The notes under the pieces are model-generated. The model did no database searches and was not told where the DNA came from. It saw only the letters and a list, made by a program, of their open reading frames with translations. A DNA stretch of 64,000 bases from Octopus vulgaris (lineage: Eukaryota). The stretch covers positions 46,934,001-46,998,000 of the forward strand of contig OX597837.1 in assembly GCA_951406725.2 (NCBI GenBank), written 5' to 3'. This document shows positions 55,919-64,000 of the stretch, in pieces (position 1 is the first letter of the stretch; each line of letters opens with the position of its first letter). A program made the position numbers and the translations under genes.

Positions 55919-56125
55919 GTACAAAGTGCATTCCAGAAGTTTTCAGACTTTTTCAGGTGAGACATTTATTACTTACAAAGAAGTACAAAACTCGCATCTC
56001 TTTCAAGGCAGAATCCTCTGGCTTCACTGCACTTGTCATAACATCCCAGCCACTTCGTGGAAGATCCCATGAAGGTCCTCAAAAATGAAGATGTTCGGGG
56101 CCCTTGTCATAACCTCCTTCATCTC
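55919..56125 (-). mobile_element. Mariner 3' end fragment
   Basis: AAGTGCATTCCAGAAGTTTTCAGACTT TIR and adjacent sequence homologous to 48168-48365. Confidence 0.75.
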
Positions 56126-56640
56126 GAAAACGACTGCCCGTGAAGGAACTTTTTGCAGGGCCCTGTTATATATCCTTTCTTCTCGCTGGACAGGTGTTTA
56201 CATTGATCCATGCTCATAAATTTTCCCAGGTTCTCTTCTGTTTCTTTACAGTTTCTATTTGAGACACATCGATGTTAACTCAGCTTAAGCTAAAGTGATA
56301 TAAAGTGTCTTTATTCCGTTTGCTACTTTATATGAGGTCAATGGTGTATTTTTGTTGCTCTTGTACACATCATAGAATGTTTACAAAGAGATCTCTATGT
56401 TTTTTATTGTTTTAAATCTCCGCCATTCACCAGTGTGTTCGCACTTCTATTTTTCTTTCCGTAACTTATACATCTCAAATAATGCCCCTGTGAGTTGGCT
56501 TCAAATTTTGGCAGAAAGCCAGAAGGGAAGAGAAGTTGATTACATTGACCTCAACGTTTAACCAGCACTTATTTTGTCGACTCAGGAAGGCAAAGTTCGA
56601 CATCGGCAGAATTTGAATTCAGAATGTAAAGACGGACGAA

Positions 56641-56862
56641 GTACCTATTTCTTTATTACCCACAAGGGGCTAAACACAGAGGGGACAAACGGATTAAGTC
56701 GATTATATCGACCCCAGTGCGTAACTGGTACTTAATTTATCGACCCCGAAAGGATGAAAGGCAAAGTCGACCTCGGCGGAATTTGAACTCGGAACGTAAC
56801 GACAGACGAAATACGGTTACGCATTTCGCCCGGCGTGCTAACGTTTCTGCCAGCCCGTCGCC
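56641..56862 (-). mobile_element. SINE family B, full length
   Basis: Minus strand GGCGACGGGCTGGCAGAAACGTTAGCACGCCGGGCG...GAGTTCAAATTCCGCCGAGGTCGAC...AAAGAAATAGG. An older decayed copy adjoins at about 56500-56640. Confidence 0.9.
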
Positions 56863-57460
56863 TTACACTGTATATAGTGGTGGTGATGGTGGAGATGATG
56901 GTAAAGAGGAGATGGTTGTGGTGATTGTGGCGTTAGTGATCAACATCTTGGTGAAGATGGCTTTCGAGTTGGTGGCGGTGGTAGTGGTGGTGGTAGCGGT
57001 GGTGGTAGTGGTGATAATGATAGTGATGATATATTGATGATATATAGCAGTGATGGGGATGGCGATTTGTGGTTGTTATGATGGTTATGGTGGTGGTGAT
57101 GATGATGGTGATGATGATGGTGGTGGTGGTGGTGGTTGTAGCGGTGACGGAAGTGGTGATAGTTGTGACGGTTGTTGTAGTGGTGGTGGCGGGTGGTGGT
57201 GGTGGTGTTGATGGTATCGGAAAAGATGCAAGGCTGAGTTATGGGAGTTTTTCGCAGACAAGTCTTGCATCGCCGACATCGGAGAAATGGCCACCACACC
57301 CACCCTCGCCACCTCCGTTATCGATCTCACCGCCATTGCTACCATTCTAATCACTGCTGCATATCACCACTGCAAGAGCCGTTATCGCCATCCACATCAC
57401 CATCGTCGTCATATTGTCGCCGTATTCCTCATCTCATTGCCATTTCTACTCACCACCACC

Positions 57461-57491
<31 letters not shown>

Positions 57492-57871
57492 TAAAAAGAG
57501 CAACAATAACAGCAATCAACACAACCATCACATCACCATCGACACCACCACCACCATCACTCTGGCCTCTCTCCCGCCACAATGGTTCTTTTATTAAACT
57601 ATCGATTTTTGTTGCACGAAACACTGGATAACCTGGATGACGTTTTAAAAAAGAATAAAAATTGTGGTGGTGGGGGTCATGGGTGGAGGAACTTAGTTTC
57701 GAACGCGTCCAGATCTCCGTTCAGACATACATATACCTATTCACATACAAACCTACAAACATAGACCGAAACATGTTCAGAGATGGAGAGGATAAAGAAG
57801 TTGTTAATGCATGCGTTTCAAGATGGCTTGGTAGGCAAATATGCACGCACGCACACCTGTTTGTCTACCTG

Positions 57872-57925
<54 letters not shown>

Positions 57926-57996
57926 GCGCTCTCTCTCTCTCACTCTGTCTCTGTCTGTCTCTCTCACTCTCCCTCCCTCTCTCTCTCTATATATAT

Positions 57997-58055
<59 letters not shown>

Positions 58056-58254
58056 TATATATGTATGTATATAGTAAAGACTATTTGCCAACATAATGTG
58101 GCAGTCGAAAATATAAGGAGACAGATATTGTGTCGCATAACCAGTTATAATATATGATATATATACGCAGTCAAAGGAGACTTTGACAAAGATCACGTGT
58201 CGAAAATAACGAATAAGAACACGGCATTCAGCGGCATCTGTTGTATAGCGGTTA

Positions 58255-58690
58255 GTTAATGGTGTAACATCACTTCTTGCGAAAAAAAACCAATGAAGAA
58301 ACAAATGAACCAAAAAATTGTAGAACCATAGCTTACTTAACAACAATGTATAAAATGCTAACATCTGTCCTGACTGAATATACCTATAGTCTTTTAATAG
58401 AAAGCGGCATATTCCCTAATGAGCAAAAAGGATGTAAACGTGGGTCCTATGGTTGTAAAGATCAGCTACTCATCAATAAGATGATCTTGGAAGATTGTCA
58501 CAAACGCCACAAAAACTTGTCAATAGCCTGAATAGACTATAAAAAAGCTTTTGATAGTCTACCACATAGCTGGATTAAGAAATGTCTGGAAATGTATAAA
58601 ATAGCATCTACTCTGCGAAACCTTTTCTCTGTAAGTATGAGATCATGGAGAACCACACAGACTTTGAACAGTGGCAATGAATCTCTTAAT
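58255..58690 (+). mobile_element. R4/Dong-clade reverse transcriptase fragment
   Basis: PKNCRTIAYLTTMYKMLTS...EQKGCKRGSYGCKDQLLINKMI...LSIA*IDYKKAFDSLPHSWI. Confidence 0.9.
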
Positions 58691-58989
58691 GCTCCCGACG
58701 CCCAGGGTTTCTCCGAGGACGTTGTCACTTTTTCCCTCCACTAATGCTATAGAACACTACAGTGGAATTTTCCCCGACCGCGTTGTCCGACTGGCAGAGA
58801 ACAGTGAGTGCTTGCCAACACTCTAGGTGCCAAGCGCCGTCTCGCTCTACGCTTGATCCAGGACTGTAGCTCCGTCAATGAGACAGCTGCGGAAAATCCT
58901 GTGTGACAAACGGCGACCACACCTGCTCTCCGTTAAGAAAGCGCTGGAGATGTCGTAGTCTCAGCGAGTGCTTACGCATCATTATCTAT

Positions 58990-59330
58990 GGCATGCCTAG
59001 CCCACCCCGCCACTCAGCGGCTGGTGACAGCAGGTAGACCGCCTGGTAAGGGAAACGGAAAGTTGGTGGTCCTGGACGTGAGCAATAGTGAAGGTAGTGT
59101 CTTTAGACTGGTGGCCGTCTACGCTCCAACCGGAGCCAAACGGTTGGATTTCTTTAGGCGTCTGGAAGCCTTTCTAGGTGCGCTGAGGCTGCGGCATCTC
59201 CAGATATTCTGCTTAAACGGTGAACAGGTGTGGTCACCGTTTGTCAAACAGGCCTTTCCACAGCTCGTCTCCTTGACTGAGTTGCAGTCCTTGATCAAGA
59301 AGAGACCGAGGCAGAGTGACTGGCATCTGG
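58990..59330 (+). mobile_element. Tx1/L1-like LINE remnant (APE endonuclease piece fused to a post-RT piece)
   Basis: GKLVVLDVS...FRLVAVYAP...RLDFFRRLEAFL followed directly by ALRLRHL...WSPFVKQAFP. Confidence 0.65.
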
Positions 59331-60189
59331 ATAATAACAAAGAAACAACCATTCCGATGTGGTGTGTATACTCGCATTATAAAAATGGATACGTAGATCA
59401 GCATGGCTGGATAACTAAAGAGTTCGCATCACACCACGACGTACCGGGTTCGATCCCGTTGCGTGGTGTCTTTGGTGATTGTTTTTTTTTTACCATAACT
59501 TTGGGCGACCAAGACTTTAAGTGAAATTAGAAACCGGTTGTAAGGATTGTTTCCGTTATTCAAATGCTTGAAAATTTCGTTAAGATATTACCCATGTCTG
59601 TGGAATACTCAGCTATTTATACTATACACTAAATGACTGAGTGGGTCATTCAAGTGGATCGAGCAATTATATACGCATCGTCGAAATCGACGAAGAGCCA
59701 TTATTTTATATACGCACAGAAACTACACACCTCGTAATCTAGCCATCATTTTACATATGTACAGACACACTACAAGCCTTGCATATTTCTTTTTAATACA
59801 GAGATTAAATACAAACAGAATAAAATCGAAATTGTTTTGAACGAATTCAGATGTCAGCAAAAAAAATTTCCCCTTCGTTCGCTCTTTTCAATTGGAATGA
59901 CCTCCATAACCATTAGCACCGGACGAGCGTTTTTCTTTTGGCGGGATCAATGCGTGAGTTGCAGCAGGTCTTACACCTCCTCCCTCTACACTTTCTTTCA
60001 TCTCTTCTCCACCCCCCACCCTCCACCTCTTCAACTCTCTCTCTTTCCTCCTCCCTTCATTCATAGTTTCCTCCTCTTTCGACCTCCTCCTACTTCCTCC
60101 TATAGCTGCATATATCTATGTGTACATGTGTGCTTGCGTGCCTGTGTGTATGTATGTATGTGTATGTGTGTATATATATAATATATATA

Positions 60190-60580
60190 TGTATATACAT
60201 ACATATATATATACATACATACATAAATATATACATACATACATAAATATATACATACATATATATATACATACATACATAAATATATACATACATACAT
60301 AAATATATACATACATATATATATACATACATACATAAATATATACATACATACATAAATATATACATACATATATATATACATACATACATAAATATAT
60401 ACATACATACATAAATATATACATACATATATATATACATACATACATAAATATATACATACATACATAAATATATACATACATATATATATACATACAT
60501 ACATATATATATACATACATACATAAATATATACATACATATATATATACATACATATATATATATATACATACATATAT
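60190..60580. repeat. 56-bp higher-order minisatellite built from TA/TACA/TAAA units
   Basis: The block ACATAAATATATACATACATATATATATACATACATACATAAATATATACATACAT recurs with a 56-bp period (60241, 60297, and onward). Confidence 0.85.
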
Positions 60581-60584
60581 ATAT

Positions 60585-60627
<43 letters not shown>

Positions 60628-61150
60628 TAAATAGGTATCATTTTTAGATTTTCTACCTCATATTCTTTCTCCCCCTCTCTCTCTCTCTCTCTCTTTCTTT
60701 TTTCTTTCCTTCTCTCTTCTTTTTTTCTTCTTTTTTTTACCTATGCACTTCGCCTCTCATCCATTTTCTCCTCTCTTCAACTTTCTCATTAACGTCATTA
60801 ACGTTAATAGGATGCGAGTCTTTTTCCATTACTGTTAAAACTACTTTTGCCGACGAGGAATGGAAGTGGTGGTGGTGGTGGTGGTGGTTTGGGTAGTGGG
60901 GGGATGGTAATTCTGATAATGAAGCGCAATGATAATGGTGATGATGATGATGATGGTGATGATGATGACGATGATGATGATGATGATGATGATGATGCTG
61001 ACGATAGCAAGTACATTGCATCCATGCAGATGACGTTGACAAGACTACTACAACTACTACTACTACTACAACCACCACCACCACCACCACCACCACCACC
61101 ACCACCACCACCACCACCACCACCACCATACCACCACCACCACCACCACC

Positions 61151-61194
<44 letters not shown>

Positions 61195-61429
61195 CACCAC
61201 CGCCGCCTCAGCTGCTGTTACTACAACAGTAATGGTTATAGTATTATTATATAGCAATGATTGTTTATCGTCGGTGTTATGCACTTAAGGTTGGTTGCAT
61301 TCTTGGAGTGTTGAAACCGATCAGGTGTTTCAAGGTTCACATCTGGTTACGAACATTGCATTGTTGCCCAGGGTCCACACACTATCTCTATATGTTATTG
61401 TTACGGTTTAGTTCCATAACTATATAACA

Positions 61430-61870
61430 AACCAACATACGAAGCACTTTAGCTATATAAGACATCCTACCTTATAACAGGCACTGTGGTTGTATTTAAG
61501 GTGCCATAGCTACATGAGGTACCATAAGGTACTGCAGCTATATGAGGTAACAGCTACATGAGGTACCATAACCGTATATAAGTTACCAAGCAATCAAGTT
61601 ATATGTGATAAAATAGCTATATAAGATATCTTGGCAGTATCTAAGATACCTTAACTATAAAAGGTACCAAAGCTATATGTAAGGTACTATAAAGACAAGA
61701 TACTTTGGCTGTATTTAAGATATCATAGCTATATAAAGTGTGAAATCTAAAAAAAGGTACTATGGATAAATAAAATAGCATAGCTCTGTATAAGGTAAAG
61801 TGGCTCTATAAAGTATCGAGGCTGTAAGCCGTAACATAGCTGTATAAGATCCCATTAGCCATATAAAATG
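61430..61870. repeat. Degenerate tandem repeat of about 18-20 bp (ATAGCTATATAAGGTACC-like)
   Basis: Recurrent AGCTATATAAG and AGGTACCAT motifs. Confidence 0.65.
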
Positions 61871-62077
61871 ACCGAGTTTTGTAAACCTTTAAATTGTAAA
61901 CAGCAGCAGCACTATATAAATAACGAGTATTTCTTTTTGATTTTTCCGAATCTTGCAGTGCTGAGCTCGGCATTATTAATCTATTCTAGTTTTTTCAGAG
62001 TTATTAAATTATTTTATCAAGGAAAGTTCTTATTTATATACATCCTTGCACTAGGTGACTTGATTTTGCAAAGAATC

Positions 62078-62150
<73 letters not shown>

Positions 62151-62489
62151 AACGACCGTATGAGATAGACCAAAGAATAAAGAAATAAGTATATTTTTTT
62201 TATCTTACTTTAATTTTCTGATCTCGCCTTCAATCTATTCTTTGTATTCCTATAATACTTTCATATTTATCTCACTCCGTTATCCAATTCCTCGTCGTCA
62301 TGGCATGGTATATATATACATATCAATGGGTTTTCTCTATTGTATTAAATGTAATTACATTTCTGCACTTTTTAAGTCTTTATATGTTGTCTGTTTAAGG
62401 CGGCAAGCTGGCAGAAACGTTAGCACGCCGGACGAAATGCACACACATACAATGCCATCCGCGGTAAAGACAGCCTTGGGATAAAAACA

Positions 62490-62830
62490 AGCAACATCTC
62501 TACTATTGAATACATTCATATCGACACAAGGCATATTGGTGGAACATTCGCATGAAATCTTCTACTAAGAGCAAACATAACAAGTCTGACACGGATAAAT
62601 TAGTAAGAACAGAACAGAAATGCATAGTCACAAAGGTTCGATGCTCTGTAGTTAGGATTATCTCTCTTAAATTCAGAGAGAAGAGAATATCGATGGACAA
62701 CTGCTTCGAAACATGAAGCTCTTCTATCCTGAAATCATAGGGGGTAGTTGCTACTTAAATGCAGAACAAGGACCTCCACAAAAAAACTAATCCAAGGAAT
62801 ACAACTCTAATGGCCTTATGGGTCGGCCTT
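62490..62830 (+). mobile_element. Decayed R4/Dong RLE fragment
   Basis: YWWNIRMKSSTKSKHNKSD...GQLLRNMKLFYPE, homologous to about 36140-36350. Confidence 0.6.
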
Positions 62831-63085
62831 ATTATTTTTGTTTTATTTTACTGTTGTTTTGAACCCTGAGACTGAGACTCGTAAACCAGATGTAGTGTTT
62901 TCAGACCATCAGTGAACCGAGCCCAAATTATAATGTGCAAATTAGTCATATCTGATGGTTGTTCATTTACCTTTGCACATCTGGAAGGTTCTTTAATACG
63001 AAACTGTTCGCTAACATGAATCAGATGTTATGATGCTAAATTCACAATACTGTATAAGTTATGTATGTGTATATATTTATATATA

Positions 63086-63305
63086 TCATTTCTTTATTGC
63101 CCACAAGGGGCTAAACTTAGAAGGGACAAACAAGGACACACAAAGGGATTGAGTCAATTACATCGACCCCAGTTCGTAACTGGTACTTAATTTATCGACC
63201 CCGAAAGGATGAAAGGCAAAGTCGACTTCGGCAGAATTTGAACTCAGAACGTAGCGGCAGACGAAATACTGCTAAGCATTTCGCCCAGCGTGCCAACGTT
63301 TCTGC
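63086..63305 (-). mobile_element. SINE family B, near full length
   Basis: Close match to 56641-56862. Confidence 0.88.
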
Positions 63306-63821
63306 TATATATATATATATATATATATGTGTATCTATACATACATACATACATACATACATACATACATACATACATACATACATACATACATACATAC
63401 ATACATACATACATACATTCACAACCATGAACCGTCCATCCATCCCTACAAATTGCCGCATTTCAGTATTTCGCCATAGAAATGGACAAAGGGCGTAAAA
63501 TAGCTTGCACGAAACCGCTGAAATCTCAGGGCAAGTTCTCGATGTTAAAACAATAAGACAAATATCTAAAGTATCCGAAATCGAAATTTAATATAGATTT
63601 AAAAAAAAAAAAGAATTTAAACAGCTGCCGAATCTGCGACAGTCGTAAACTTTTATAAAAGACAAGAAGAACATAAAAAGTTGGTGCGTACTGTTTGGTA
63701 ATGTAAATTCTTTGGATTTGAAGGTGTGTTAAGTACAATGTTAATTTTCAAAGAGACGTAGAATCTATTAGCGAGCAATCACTTCATCTCTATGGATAAC
63801 AGATGTGGCGTCTGGTCTGAA

Positions 63822-63868
<47 letters not shown>

Positions 63869-64000
63869 GAGAGAGAGACAGAGAGAGAGAAAGAGCGTGT
63901 GTGTGTGTGTGTGAGAGAGATAGAGAGATAGAGAGAAAGAGCGCGCGTGTGTGTGTGTGTAAGTGTGAGTGTGCGTGAGTATGTGCCTCGTGTTTATATA

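Overview
Repeat-dense animal genomic DNA, most likely an octopus or other coleoid cephalopod (inferred from the tRNA-derived SINE families and very abundant TA/TACA/CA/TAA microsatellites). Almost all long ORFs in the supplied track are microsatellite artefacts. Two real spliced genes converge tail to tail. (1) On +, the last four coding exons of a cytosolic (PAPS-dependent) sulfotransferase: 3571-3888, 10387-10484, 13583-13763 and 15500-15612. (2) On -, a complete two-coding-exon gene (32974-32825 and 27751-27527) for a 124-aa secreted cystine-knot protein that is clearly a Norrin (NDP) homologue. It keeps all 11 cysteines and the vertebrate intron position, and its first coding exon is missing from the ORF track. 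The rest is decayed mobile DNA: a Naiad-type Penelope-like element with an upstream hammerhead ribozyme, a second family of minimal hammerhead-like repeats, Penelope-style fold-back insertions, CR1/RTE/R4-Dong/Tx1 LINE fragments, Helitrons, mariner and pogo remnants, a probable solo LTR and several SINE families. Transposon boundaries are approximate and read by eye; homology calls rest on remembered family motifs, not database searches.
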